Sequence record: NC_019500.1
Length of the DNA stretch: 64,000 nucleotides
Source of the DNA: Escherichia phage Bp7
Strand: one strand, 5' to 3'
Position numbers and translations under genes: made by a program. Below the pieces are notes generated by a model. It did not search any database. It was not told where the DNA came from and saw only the letters and a program-made list of their open reading frames with translations. Position 1 is the stretch's first letter. The number at the start of each line of letters is the position of its first letter. Of this stretch, positions 27,276 to 37,524 are shown piece after piece.

Positions 27276-27538
27276 TTAAAATAAAACTCTCTAATTACGA
27301 TAAAAACTTGGAAATGATTGCTATGAAAGAAGAACTCTTGAATGATGTCCGCTTTACAGGTTATGCAGTTCAATTTAATGGTGATGGGGTTCTTCAAATT
27401 GAAGGCGACCACTTTATTATTGAATACGAGTTTAAACAGTATTGGCTGTATGCAAAAGATGAGGTTGGCGGTGTTGATTACGTCGACGAGTTCGATAACC
27501 TAGATGATGCCTTGGAAGGAGCTCGATTCCTACAATGA
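27272..27538 (+). CDS. hypothetical protein (88 aa)
   Basis: ORF with overlapping start. Confidence 0.5.
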   Translation: MIKIKLSNYDKNLEMIAMKEELLNDVRFTGYAVQFNGDGVLQIEGDHFIIEYEFKQYWLYAKDEVGGVDYVDEFDNLDDALEGARFLQ

Positions 27539-27798
27539 AACCCATATCCACCACCCTCGCCTACGAAGGTCTCGGATTTTTCTTAATAGATAACTGTATG
27601 GATGTTGAGTTTGTTTGTGGTGAGACTTCTTTAGTATGGAAGTCTCATATTTCCAAATACAACCATCGCGAATATCCAGGTCTTTTTAAAGAATTTTGTG
27701 GATATATGTCTGAACATGGATGTACTGATACAATTTCTTATTCCGAGTTCACACAAATCCTTGAAACCGTATTTCAGGCTTATTGCTTACTCCGTTGA
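27535..27798 (+). CDS. hypothetical protein (87 aa)
   Basis: ORF with overlapping start. Confidence 0.5.
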   Translation: MKPISTTLAYEGLGFFLIDNCMDVEFVCGETSLVWKSHISKYNHREYPGLFKEFCGYMSEHGCTDTISYSEFTQILETVFQAYCLLR

Positions 27799-27864
27799 TG
27801 CTTTAAAAGGGTCTTCAAATACTATGATATAATAGACCTATGATTTGAGTTATCTGAGGTAACA

Positions 27865-28422
27865 ATGACCGAAATTAAACTGACTAAAAATAACTATGTA
27901 AATAATAAGGAGCTTCTGAAAGCTATCACCCAATGGAAAACAGAACTCAGAGAAAATACCGATCCTAATAAAATAGTTCGCCAGAACGACGTTATCGGCT
28001 TGGCTATTATGCTCATTGCTGAAGGACTAAGTAAACGTTTCAACTTCTCAGGATATACCCAATCTTGGAAGCAAGAAATGATTGCTGATGGAATCGAAGC
28101 TTCGATTAAAGGTCTTCACAACTTCGACGAAACAAAATACGACAACCCACATGCATATATCACTATGGCTTGTTTTAATGCCTTCGTTCAGCGTATCAAA
28201 AAAGAACGTAAAGAAATGGCAAAGAAATATAGCTACTTCGTCCATAATGTCTATGACAGTAATGATGACGACATGGTAGGTATTGCAGATGAAACCTTTA
28301 TCCAAGATATCTACGACAAAATGACTCAGTATGAAACCTCTTTAACTAAAGCACCAGGGTCTGATAAGAGTGCCGAACCTAAAGTTGGTGAACTGGATTT
28401 TTTATATGGAACATCAGATTAA
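27865..28422 (+). CDS. 55: late-transcription sigma factor gp55
   Basis: 185 aa, same length as T4 gp55; position upstream of gene 47. Confidence 0.85.
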   Translation: MTEIKLTKNNYVNNKELLKAITQWKTELRENTDPNKIVRQNDVIGLAIMLIAEGLSKRFNFSGYTQSWKQEMIADGIEASIKGLHNFDETKYDNPHAYITMACFNAFVQRIKKERKEMAKKYSYFVHNVYDSNDDDMVGIADETFIQDIYDKMTQYETSLTKAPGSDKSAEPKVGELDFLYGTSD

Positions 28423-28636
28423 TATCACTCCACTTTTAGATGGAATGGAAGACTTCGAAGCACTCCCTTATTTTATTAAATTGATATTACGGGATGTTAA
28501 AGGTCTTCCTATTGATATTGACCCACTTAACGTCAGGAATATTGAATTCACTTCTCCTGACAATAACGTAGATTACCGTTATCATGTTGAGAACGCTAAT
28601 TTCTACTTCACTATTGAATTGACTCCAAAGGATTAA
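28406..28636 (+). CDS. hypothetical protein (76 aa)
   Basis: ATG 28406 overlapping the gp55 3-prime end. Confidence 0.45.
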   Translation: MEHQINITPLLDGMEDFEALPYFIKLILRDVKGLPIDIDPLNVRNIEFTSPDNNVDYRYHVENANFYFTIELTPKD

Positions 28637-28637
28637 T

Positions 28638-28949
28638 ATGCAAAGCCATGACATTTCTCAATTGACTGATGAGCAAATTGAAGAAGCCCAGCAACGTTTA
28701 GAAGAGCACAATATTAAAGAAGCTAATTCTCAAGCGGCTAAGATTCTTAAGAAGAATGCTCGTGAAATCCGTCGTTTAAATCTCCATGCCCAAGGCGCTG
28801 TACTTGAAAACAACTTTGAAGCATATAAGTACGCTTTAATTAAATTACGTGGTATTTACCGTCAACCTGTTACTGATGAACTTGTTCAATTGATGTGGAA
28901 ATCTACCCGCAAACAAATTTGGGAAATCGTCAATGGCCCTAGTAAATAA
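28638..28949 (+). CDS. hypothetical protein (103 aa)
   Basis: ORF with short intergenic gap. Confidence 0.5.
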   Translation: MQSHDISQLTDEQIEEAQQRLEEHNIKEANSQAAKILKKNAREIRRLNLHAQGAVLENNFEAYKYALIKLRGIYRQPVTDELVQLMWKSTRKQIWEIVNGPSK

Positions 28950-29133
28950 ACCCTTTAAACGGCTTCTTATTGGAGCCGCCTTTAGACTTCGCTCATACGG
29001 TAATATCTGTATTAAGCAGTCCGAAACCGAATATAAAATGGTCGGCCAGTATTCCGATGGAATTTTTCGGATTGAGCCCGTAGCCAAGGTTTGGGTAGAT
29101 TCTCATCAACTTAAGAAATGGTGGCAACGATGA
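28933..29133 (+). CDS. hypothetical protein (66 aa)
   Basis: ORF overlapping upstream gene end. Confidence 0.4.
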   Translation: MALVNKPFKRLLIGAAFRLRSYGNICIKQSETEYKMVGQYSDGIFRIEPVAKVWVDSHQLKKWWQR

Positions 29134-29191
29134 TAACGTGGACAGGCGGCTAATGAAAGACGAATACGAAAAAGTTTAAGAGGTTGTATGA

Positions 29192-29365
29192 ATGACGAAT
29201 TCGATGGATTTTGATAAGATTAAATCTGACAAAAATGAGATGATACTTCAATTTGAAGCCGCTCGTATTAAAGCAGAAAATGAAGGTACTATTACCTATA
29301 AGCCTATCAAGTTCAGGTCTAATCACGAACCTCTGTACGGTGTATTAGTTGGTAAAGGAGCTTAG
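29192..29365 (+). CDS. small protein (57 aa)
   Basis: ORF below track cutoff; ends inside the terminator stem. Confidence 0.3.
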   Translation: MTNSMDFDKIKSDKNEMILQFEAARIKAENEGTITYKPIKFRSNHEPLYGVLVGKGA

Positions 29366-29376
29366 GCTCCTTTTTT
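29357..29376 (+). terminator. rho-independent terminator
   Basis: GGAGC-TTAG-GCTCC followed by TTTTTT. Confidence 0.7.
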
Positions 29377-29430
29377 GCTTTCTGAATGGATGATAAAATA
29401 AATCTATGAAATACATTATAAAGGTAGATT

Positions 29431-30453
29431 ATGAAAATTTTGAATATAGGTGATTTGCATATCGGAGTAAAAGCCGATGACCCTTGGATTCAGGAAATCC
29501 AGCTTAACGGTATTAAACAGGCTGTAGAATATTCTAAAGCAAACAATATTGATACATGGATTCAATATGGTGATTGGTTCGATGTACGCAAGGCTATCAC
29601 CCATAAATGTATGGAATTTAATCGTGGTCTGGTGGAAATTATCAGCGATGCAGGTATTAAAGTCCATGTTATAATTGGTAACCATGATGCAACGTTTAAA
29701 AATAGCATAACTCCTAATGCGGTTTCTGAACTTCTTACTCAGTATGAAAATTTTACTGTTTACGAGAAACCTACTACTGTTAATTTTGATGGCACCGAAA
29801 TTGATTTGATTCCATGGATGTGTGAAGAAAACACGACCGATATCATGGACCATATCAAAAATACTACTGCCGATTTCTGTATTGGCCACTGGGAATTAAA
29901 TGGTTTCTATTTCTATAAAGGAATGAAATCACATGGTTTAGAACCTGATTTCCTTAAGAAGTATAAGCAAGTATGGTCTGGTCACTTCCACACCATTTCT
30001 GATGCAGCAAACGTCAAGTATATTGGTACGCCATGGACCCTGACTGCAGGTGATGAGAACGACCCTCGTGGCTTCTGGATTTTCGATACAGAAACCCATA
30101 AAATGGATTTCATCATCAATGAAACTTGTTGGCATCGTAAGATTCATTACCCGAATGCGACTATCGATTACAAAGATTTTACAAATATTGCGGTTCGTGT
30201 TATAGTCGATAAAATTGATGACGGGCTTACTAAGTTCGAATCTGAACTTGAAAAGGTTGTTCACTCTTTACGTATTGTGTCTAAGGTAGATAACAGTGTT
30301 GATATCGATGATTCTGAAGAGGAAGATGAAGTTAAGTCCCTCTTGGATATGATGTATGATTATATCGATGCCCTTCCTGATGGCCACACTGAAGACGATG
30401 TTAAAGCCCTTAAGACCATGGCTGCACAACTTTATAATGAGGTTACACGATGA
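29431..30453 (+). CDS. 47: recombination nuclease subunit gp47 (Mre11-like)
   Basis: 340 aa; phosphoesterase motifs DLHIG, GDWFD, GNHD, GHWE. Confidence 0.9.
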   Translation: MKILNIGDLHIGVKADDPWIQEIQLNGIKQAVEYSKANNIDTWIQYGDWFDVRKAITHKCMEFNRGLVEIISDAGIKVHVIIGNHDATFKNSITPNAVSELLTQYENFTVYEKPTTVNFDGTEIDLIPWMCEENTTDIMDHIKNTTADFCIGHWELNGFYFYKGMKSHGLEPDFLKKYKQVWSGHFHTISDAANVKYIGTPWTLTAGDENDPRGFWIFDTETHKMDFIINETCWHRKIHYPNATIDYKDFTNIAVRVIVDKIDDGLTKFESELEKVVHSLRIVSKVDNSVDIDDSEEEDEVKSLLDMMYDYIDALPDGHTEDDVKALKTMAAQLYNEVTR

Positions 30454-30713
30454 CTTTAGATGAATTCAAAAAATCGGGACTTGAACTAGAACACGACTGC
30501 ACAGTTATTGATGACGACGGACAAACGAGTATTATTAAGTTCTGGTTTGAAGCCGTGAGCACTCGTGATACCAACGAGCTTATTAAAGTTTATGTTGCTA
30601 CTGATTGGGCTGTGGAATTTAGCTTTAATGTAATGGTAGATGATACTCCAGAAACATTAATTCATATGGCTGAATCATGCATCAAGGATGCTTATAATGA
30701 CGAAAATGTATAA
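30450..30713 (+). CDS. hypothetical acidic protein (87 aa)
   Basis: ORF between genes 47 and 46. Confidence 0.5.
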   Translation: MTLDEFKKSGLELEHDCTVIDDDGQTSIIKFWFEAVSTRDTNELIKVYVATDWAVEFSFNVMVDDTPETLIHMAESCIKDAYNDENV

Positions 30714-30912
30714 ACATGATTTTCATATTGGCGATGGCTGGTTCGGTAATGTAGAATGGGACGTGGATGGTTCTTGGTATACCGGAACTATGTATGTCAC
30801 TTCTGGATATTCTGAAGGTGTTTCATGGGCCATGGAACTTGACGACGTGTTTGCTTCTTCCGAAGAAATGCTAGAATATGCCGAACAAACAATTCGTGAG
30901 AACAATACATGA
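30697..30912 (+). CDS. hypothetical acidic protein (71 aa)
   Basis: ATG 30697 overlapping upstream gene end. Confidence 0.45.
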   Translation: MTKMYKHDFHIGDGWFGNVEWDVDGSWYTGTMYVTSGYSEGVSWAMELDDVFASSEEMLEYAEQTIRENNT

Positions 30913-32586
30913 AGACTTTTAAGTTAAAGAAAGTAACGTATAAAAATATCATGTCAGTAGGCCAACAGCCTATTACAATCCAACTTGATAAGGTCCAAAA
31001 GACCTTAGTCACAGGTAAAAATGGTGCAGGGAAATCTACGTTCCTTGAAGCTGTTACATTTGCTCTGTTCGGTAAGCCTTTTCGTGATGTTAAGAAAGGG
31101 CAATTAATTAACTCAAGTAACAAGAAAGACCTTTTGGTCGAACTGTGGATGGAATATGATGGCAAAGAATACTACATCAAACGTGGGCAAAAACCGAACG
31201 TTTTTGAAATCTCTTGTGGCGGTGAACGTCTTGATGAATCTGCCAGCAGTAAAGACTTCCAAGCAGAATTTGAACAGCTTATCGGAATGTCCTATGCAAG
31301 CTTCAAACAGATTGTCGTTCTTGGCACGGCAGGGTATACCCCCTTCATGGGTTTGTCAACCCCAGCGCGTCGAAAGCTGGTGGAAGACCTTTTAGAGGTT
31401 TCTGTATTAGCGGATATGGATAAGTTGAACAAATCTTTGATTCGTGAGACTAATAGCCAAATCCAGGTGATAGACGTTAAACAGGATTCTATTACCCAAC
31501 AAATTAAAATTTATAATGACAACGAAGAACGTCAACGTAAATTATCTGGCGAGAACGCGGCACGACTACAAACAATGTATGATGAGCTCGTTAAAGAAGC
31601 CAGGACTGCGAAGGGCAATATAGAAAAACTAACTGATGAATTACTCAATGTCATCGTCGATGATGACCCTAGCGACTCCATGAGTGACCTGAGTAATAAA
31701 GGATTTGCAATCAAGAATGATATGGCAACCTTTACGAAGGTCGTGAAATTATACGAAACTGGTGGCAGCTGTCCTACATGTATGCAAGGATTGGAAGAAC
31801 ACGGGAACATCCTTACTAAAATTAAGGATAAGAACTTTGAGCTTCAAAAATCTTTGGATAAGATTAATGAGCAATACCAAGAGCTCAAACTTATTAAAGA
31901 CCAAGTAACCGAACAACGTAATAAAGCGCTGGCTATTAAATCTCAGATAGCTACTCATAAGCAACAAGCCATTACTGCCGTAGAGAAAGCTAAAAAAGTT
32001 AAAGTATTAATCGACCAAGCAGCTGCTGAGTTCGTAAGTAATGCCGAAGAGATTGCCGCGCTTCAAGCAGAGCTTGATAAAATCGTCTCTACCAAATCCA
32101 CATTGGTAATGGAAAAATATCATCGTGGAATTCTGACAGAATGTTGAAGGATACTGGTATTAAAGGTTCCATTATTAAGAAATACATCCTATCTTTAATA
32201 AGCAGATAAATTCTTATTTGAAGATTATGGAAGCCGACTACGTCTTTACACTAGACGAAGAGTTCAATGAGACGATTAAATCACGTGGACGTGAAGACTT
32301 TAGTTATGCTTCATTTTCACAGGGTGAGAAAGCACGTATTGATATCGCACTACTTTTTACATGGCGTGATATTGCTGAAAAAGTCAGTGGAGCCACATTA
32401 GTACATTAGTGTTGGATGAAGTTTTGATGAGCAGTTGACGCTGAGGCTGTTAAGGCGATTGCAAGTATTCTTAATAATCTTGAAGACAGTAATGTTTTTA
32501 TAATCAGCCACAGGGACCATGACCATCAAGCATATGGCCAGCATTTACAAATGAAAAAGGTTGGTCGATTTACAATTATGGAATAA
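30909..32586 (+). pseudogene. 46: recombination ATPase gp46 (Rad50/SbcC-like), 3-prime end disrupted
   Basis: Walker A GKNGAGKST and zinc hook CPTC are intact to 32147; C-terminal SQGEKARIDIALLF, LVLDEV and ISHRD are spread over shifted frames with an 8-bp tandem duplication at 32395-32410. Confidence 0.75.
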
Positions 32587-32591
32587 GCCTC

Positions 32592-33308
32592 TTATTGAGG
32601 CTTCATTTTACAGTTATCGAAATGCCAACGATTCATATTACCGGAATTCCCTTGTTTACCACAATGAGGGCATTCTACCTTCTTTTCTGATTTTTTGCGC
32701 CCGTTAGGATTTTTCTTACAAAAAACTTTATGAGCCGCAATAACACAGGATTTTCCTGAAAGGCCGCAGAATTCACATTCCACAATTTTATAGACCATGT
32801 TTTCTAGGCCTTTCTTTATTTTTAATTTTTGCTCCTCAGATATAGAGCGGTCCACTTTATTAGGGCCTTTAGGGCAGTTATCGAAATGCCATCTGTTCAT
32901 ATTGCCTACCAATCCAGTTTTACCGCAGTGTGGACAGGTAACTCTAGGCTTTTTTAAAGCGGAAATTGACATTTTCTTTCTGGTTTCTTCCGAGAATTCT
33001 TTATCCTTTTGGACTTCTGAATTCTTACGACGAAGCCATCCAAATAATTTATTTTTAGACCTATCAGCTTTTGGTGAGCTAACTGTCATCATTCTTGCTG
33101 CATAGACTAACGATGCATTATCTGGATGGATTTTAACTAACAACTGATGAGCCAAGTAATGTTCTTCAGGTGTTAAGTCTACCAAGTTTAAAGCGTCGTC
33201 CGTTCCACCCATGCATTGTGGTATAATGTGATGACGTTCTTTATAGGTAGTTAAATTTCTATTAACTGCTCGTTGAATAAGCTTTTCGTATATTGATTTA
33301 TAATTCAT
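32592..33308 (-). CDS. HNH homing endonuclease (Mob-like)
   Basis: Minus strand; HHIIPQCMGG...N...H HNH motif plus repeated CPHCGK...NMNRWHFDNC zinc-binding modules; ATG 33308 after AAGGA. Confidence 0.8.
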   Translation of the reverse strand: MNYKSIYEKLIQRAVNRNLTTYKERHHIIPQCMGGTDDALNLVDLTPEEHYLAHQLLVKIHPDNASLVYAARMMTVSSPKADRSKNKLFGWLRRKNSEVQKDKEFSEETRKKMSISALKKPRVTCPHCGKTGLVGNMNRWHFDNCPKGPNKVDRSISEEQKLKIKKGLENMVYKIVECEFCGLSGKSCVIAAHKVFCKKNPNGRKKSEKKVECPHCGKQGNSGNMNRWHFDNCKMKPQ

Positions 33309-33351
33309 TATCAAATCCTTATTTGATACAGCGACCGATAAAGATATTTAT

Positions 33352-33546
33352 ATGGCTTCCAATTTTATAACAGGCCAGCATTTGTTGGCCGTTCCTGAAC
33401 TAAAGCGGTATGTTTTAGTTAATAACTTCTCTGGAGACGAACATCTTGTTACTGAAGATTATCTCCGAAATGCTTTTAAGTCAGAGTATGATAGAATCAT
33501 GTCGAACAGGAATCCTGCCTGGTTCGTTTATGAATACTTTGATTAA
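33352..33546 (+). CDS. hypothetical protein (64 aa)
   Basis: ORF upstream of rpbA. Confidence 0.4.
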   Translation: MASNFITGQHLLAVPELKRYVLVNNFSGDEHLVTEDYLRNAFKSEYDRIMSNRNPAWFVYEYFD

Positions 33547-33606
33547 ATTAAGTGCTTTAAAATATTGATTTATAATACATCTACCAACCAAATGAGAGAA
33601 AATATT

Positions 33607-34020
33607 ATGTTTGCTAACGCTATTACTGTTAAAGATATCCAAGTTAAAACCATTCGTACTGATTCCAACCCACATAATCAAAACCGTATCCGTAAATCAT
33701 GGGTACTGAATATTGATACCGACTCTGCACGTCGTCTGCAGTCTCTTCCACAAGAAACTAAGTTCATGCTCTACGGTATCATTGATAACGACGTATCCGA
33801 TAAGTGGGTAGAAATTATGCGTCGCCACTATAATGATTCACTGGCCGCAGGTGCTAAACTGGTTATCGACCGTGATGGTTCTGAACGTCTCGAAGATGAT
33901 TATTGTGTAGATTTTGACGAACAACTGCTTGAAGCTGGTGCTATTGTTGCTTCCCAGATTCCAGAGTATATTGAATCTCTGCCTGAATCCATTCGTAAAC
34001 AAATGATCGTTATTGCTTAA
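33607..34020 (+). CDS. rpbA: RNA polymerase-binding protein RpbA candidate
   Basis: 137 aa acidic protein immediately upstream of gene 45, as in T4. Confidence 0.55.
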   Translation: MFANAITVKDIQVKTIRTDSNPHNQNRIRKSWVLNIDTDSARRLQSLPQETKFMLYGIIDNDVSDKWVEIMRRHYNDSLAAGAKLVIDRDGSERLEDDYCVDFDEQLLEAGAIVASQIPEYIESLPESIRKQMIVIA

Positions 34021-34048
34021 TTAATTTTTGACTTGATAAGGAAACATT

Positions 34049-34747
34049 ATGAAATTCTCTAAAGAAACTCTGAACATTCTGAAAAACTTCTCCGGTATTA
34101 ACCCAGGTATCATGCTTAAACCTGGTAACACTATTCTAACTCGTTCAGTAACGGGTGCAAGTTATGGTGAAGCTACTGTAAATGACACCTTTGATATCGA
34201 AGCCGCAATCTACGACCTGAACGGCTTCTTAAGTATTCTGTCATTGGTATCTGATAGTGCTGAAGTTTCGGTAAGTGAAGACCAAACCACCTTAATTATT
34301 AAAGACCAACGTTCAACTATTAAATGGCCTATTGCCGACCCAAGTACAATTGCATTCCCAAGCAAAGCTATTCCATTCCCGGTGGCTGAAGTTATTTTCG
34401 ACCTTAAAGCCGAAGATTACCAACAGTTGATGCGTGTGTCCTCTGGATTGAGTATTGATACATTTGCTATCACTGTAGACAACGGTAAAATTGTAATCAA
34501 TGGCTACAAACAAGTTGATGATAAGGACCTGGCACGTCCATTGTATTCCTTAGTGGTTGCAGACCATGATGGTCCTGAATTCAAATTCATTATCAACAAA
34601 ACTAATATGAAAATGATGCCTGCCGATTACCATGTATTGTTATGGGCTCGTGGTGAAGGTCAGGACGCTCGTTTCGCAGCCAAGTTTGAAGGTTCACAAG
34701 CTTCTTATGTATTGGCTATGGAAGCAGGCTCAAGCCACTCGTTCTAA
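34049..34747 (+). CDS. 45: sliding clamp gp45
   Basis: 232 aa; N-terminus MKFSKETLNILKNF resembles T4 gp45; upstream of 44/62. Confidence 0.9.
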   Translation: MKFSKETLNILKNFSGINPGIMLKPGNTILTRSVTGASYGEATVNDTFDIEAAIYDLNGFLSILSLVSDSAEVSVSEDQTTLIIKDQRSTIKWPIADPSTIAFPSKAIPFPVAEVIFDLKAEDYQQLMRVSSGLSIDTFAITVDNGKIVINGYKQVDDKDLARPLYSLVVADHDGPEFKFIINKTNMKMMPADYHVLLWARGEGQDARFAAKFEGSQASYVLAMEAGSSHSF

Positions 34748-35325
34748 TGTATATATGTTATCATAATACGATAACCAACACTAAAACCAAGTGTGTCTAT
34801 CATTATTTTGGTAGACACCGTGTTACTGCTGAAGAATACTACGGTACAGGTAAGTTTGTTAAGAAATGCAAACGAGAAAATGCTATTACTCCAGGTCTTT
34901 GGGAGTTTTGTGTTGAAGTTATCCATACAGTGGATACGTTTAAAGAAGCCAAGATTATTGAAGAAGAGCTTGTTAAAGAAGGCATATCAAAATATGGTAT
35001 CCTTTGTGTTAATAAGAATCCTGGTGGTGATGGCGGTGTGGATTACCACACCGAAGAATCTAAACGTAAAATGTCAGAAACTAGAACAGGAAAATCAAGA
35101 ATATTTTCCGAAAGTCATAAAGAAAATTTAAGTAAACGAGCCAGAAAATACTCTGATGTTTGGTCCGAACCTGTATATTCAAATCTTAAAACCATTTGGC
35201 TGGAAACAGGTATGTTAAAACGCGGACGGTTTAGTACGCTTTTACAAAAATATGGGTATAATTATTCTGCGAATGAATTGAATAAAATTGTTAAACATTT
35301 TAATGAGGAAAATAATAATGAGTAA
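34747..35325 (+). CDS. Seg-like GIY-YIG-family endonuclease candidate, possibly degenerate (192 aa)
   Basis: Inserted between 45 and 44, overlapping both; NUMOD-like repeats (SKRKMSETRTGK, SESHKENLSKRARK); N-terminal GIY-YIG core atypical. Confidence 0.5.
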   Translation: MYICYHNTITNTKTKCVYHYFGRHRVTAEEYYGTGKFVKKCKRENAITPGLWEFCVEVIHTVDTFKEAKIIEEELVKEGISKYGILCVNKNPGGDGGVDYHTEESKRKMSETRTGKSRIFSESHKENLSKRARKYSDVWSEPVYSNLKTIWLETGMLKRGRFSTLLQKYGYNYSANELNKIVKHFNEENNNE

Positions 35326-36295
35326 AGTAGTAAATGGTTTAACTATTAATGAAAACGACTTCATGTGGGAACAGAAATATCGTCCAGGTACTTTATCTGA
35401 GTGTATTCTGCCAGCGCATGATAAAGAAACCCTCCAAGCCATTGTTAATAAGGGTCTAATCCCTAACATTATCCTAGTCTCTGCTTCACCAGGCACAGGT
35501 AAAACTACCGTAGCTAAAGCATTGTGTGCTGATACAAATTCAGATATGCTTTTTGTTAACGGTTCCGACTGCCGTATTGATTTCGTTCGTAATGAACTTA
35601 CTCGTTTTGCATCTTCCAAATCTATCGAAGGTAAACGTAAGGTAATTGTTATCGACGAATTCGACCGCGCCGGTGTTGCTGAAGCTCAACGTCACCTTCG
35701 TTCGTTCTTAGAAGCCTATTCCTCAAACTGTTCTGTAATTATTACAGCAAACAATATTGATGGTATTATCGGTCCACTTCAATCCCGTTGTCGTGTTATT
35801 AAATTTGGTGAAGCCACTCCGGCCGACCAAACAACCATGATGAAAGAAATGATTCATCGTGCTGTAGCAATCTGTAAAAACGAAAATATCGAAGTCGAAG
35901 ACCTTAAAGTTATTGCTGCCTTAGTTAAACAAAACTTTCCTGACTTCCGTAAAACAGTTAACCAACTGGACCGTTACTCATCCAGTGGTAAAATCGATAC
36001 AGGCATTTTGAGTATTGTAATGAATACCAATTCGCCTATCGATGAAGTAGTGGCTGCACTTAAAGATAAAAACTTTAAAGAACTCCGTGCATTAGCTCCA
36101 CGTCATGTCAACGATTATTCCAACTTTATTATGTCGCTGGCTAACGAACTCTATGGTAAATTGCCTGGGCCAAGCATTGTTAGAATGTACGAAATTGTCG
36201 GTGAAAATAACCAATACCACGGTATTGCGGCTAACCCAGAAATTCACATGACTTATCTGTTCATCCAACTTGCTCTGGAGCTCCAATGGCTATAA
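35318..36295 (+). CDS. 44: clamp-loader large subunit gp44
   Basis: AAA+ Walker A SPGTGKTT, Walker B VIVIDEFD; start ATG 35318 after GAGGAAAATAATA. Confidence 0.9.
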   Translation: MSKVVNGLTINENDFMWEQKYRPGTLSECILPAHDKETLQAIVNKGLIPNIILVSASPGTGKTTVAKALCADTNSDMLFVNGSDCRIDFVRNELTRFASSKSIEGKRKVIVIDEFDRAGVAEAQRHLRSFLEAYSSNCSVIITANNIDGIIGPLQSRCRVIKFGEATPADQTTMMKEMIHRAVAICKNENIEVEDLKVIAALVKQNFPDFRKTVNQLDRYSSSGKIDTGILSIVMNTNSPIDEVVAALKDKNFKELRALAPRHVNDYSNFIMSLANELYGKLPGPSIVRMYEIVGENNQYHGIAANPEIHMTYLFIQLALELQWL

Positions 36296-36858
36296 GTCTT
36301 TTTGATGATGACGTTGAACTGAACGAACATGAAGTTGCTTGGAAATCACGTAACGACGCTGCAATTCAAGCCTTGGCCGATTCATTTAAAGAAAAGGCTG
36401 AAAACGAACTGTTCGCCATTATGAACGATATCACATATGGTAAAAACCAACGTAACTTGGCTCAATCGGAAAACTACAATCAATTTTGGCTCGATAATAG
36501 TTTGAGCCAACATGTGGATTGCATTATGCAAGCTGCAATGGTTAACTGTCTGAAACTTGATGACCAAAGTCATTTCAACTATCTTTTACATGCTGTTCCT
36601 AAGGGTAAGAGATTTGGTAAATGGGCTAAGGCCCATGATGATGAAGTTAGTGTAGTTTTTATTACTCGTTTATTGATGAAATACCATTCAATTAATAATG
36701 ATGACGCTTATCGTTATCTCGAGACTTATAAAATTAAAGGCCATCTTCCGGCGGTGCTTAAGAAGATGAAAGGGTTGGTTACTGACGAGTTCCTGAAATC
36801 CGTAACCAAAAATGTTAAAGAACAAAAAGACTTGAAAAAGAAAGCATTGGAATGGTAA
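36286..36858 (+). CDS. 62: clamp-loader small subunit gp62
   Basis: 190 aa ORF overlapping the gp44 end, position as in T4. Confidence 0.8.
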   Translation: MAISLFDDDVELNEHEVAWKSRNDAAIQALADSFKEKAENELFAIMNDITYGKNQRNLAQSENYNQFWLDNSLSQHVDCIMQAAMVNCLKLDDQSHFNYLLHAVPKGKRFGKWAKAHDDEVSVVFITRLLMKYHSINNDDAYRYLETYKIKGHLPAVLKKMKGLVTDEFLKSVTKNVKEQKDLKKKALEW

Positions 36859-36863
36859 ATTAA

Positions 36864-37226
36864 ATGATTGAAATTACTCTGAAACAACCTGAAGACTTCT
36901 TGAAAGTGAAAGAGACCCTAACTCGTATGGGTATCGCTAATAATAAAGAAAAGAAACTATATCAATCCTGCCACATTCTGCAAAAGCAAGGGCTGTATTA
37001 TATAGTCCACTTTAAAGAGATGTTACGTATGGATGGTCGCCAAGTTGATATCGATGGTGAAGACTATCAACGTCGAGATTCAATTGCCCAGCTTCTTAAG
37101 GAGTGGGGACTGATTGATATTGTAGATGAATCTGAACTGTTCGAAATCACCAATAACTTCCGTGTCATTTCCTTTAAGCAGAAAAATGACTGGGAACTAC
37201 TGTCTAAGTACACCATTGGTAATTAA
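36864..37226 (+). CDS. regA: translational repressor RegA
   Basis: 120 aa, between 62 and 43 as in T4. Confidence 0.8.
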   Translation: MIEITLKQPEDFLKVKETLTRMGIANNKEKKLYQSCHILQKQGLYYIVHFKEMLRMDGRQVDIDGEDYQRRDSIAQLLKEWGLIDIVDESELFEITNNFRVISFKQKNDWELLSKYTIGN

Positions 37227-37227
37227 T

Positions 37228-37443
37228 ATGATTCTTGAAATTGAAACGTGTGAACGTCTTAAAGAGGTATACGGACTTTCTCCAACTCAAACTGTTTTTG
37301 ACCTTTCCGAAGAGCTCCAAATAGAATTTCAAAAGGACCTCCATAAGTTGCTACATCCAGGTCAGAAAGTCTTCCAGGCTATGATTAAAACTAAAGACGA
37401 AGATGGTAATTCAACCATTAAACGTCAAACAATAGAAATTTAA
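37228..37443 (+). CDS. hypothetical protein (71 aa)
   Basis: ATG overlaps regA stop. Confidence 0.45.
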   Translation: MILEIETCERLKEVYGLSPTQTVFDLSEELQIEFQKDLHKLLHPGQKVFQAMIKTKDEDGNSTIKRQTIEI

Positions 37444-37448
37444 GCAAA

Positions 37449-37466
37449 GGGACTTCGGTCCCTTTT
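37449..37466 (+). terminator. rho-independent terminator
   Basis: GGGAC-TTCG-GTCCC followed by TTTT. Confidence 0.7.
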
Positions 37467-37524
37467 GGAGTATAATGATTCATCAACAAACAAAAGACAA
37501 TCACTCGTCTATAAAGGAAATGAA

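Noticed and set aside
28370-29430. alpha-glucosyltransferase between genes 55 and 47
   Set aside because: Only small ORFs of 57-103 aa occupy this interval; nothing of GT size or signature is present.
30909-32147. The 412-aa ORF as a complete gene 46
   Set aside because: It lacks the C-terminal signature, Walker B and H-loop, which are recognisable in shifted frames downstream.
32218-32409. The 63-aa track ORF as an independent small gene
   Set aside because: It encodes the Rad50-type signature region (SQGEKARIDIALLFTWRDIA) of gp46 and is a frameshifted fragment.
37465-37524. Upstream extension of the DNA polymerase ORF (MEYNDSSTNKRQ...)
   Set aside because: The start at 37525 has an RBS and matches the conserved MxEFYLTVEQIG N-terminus and the 903-aa length.
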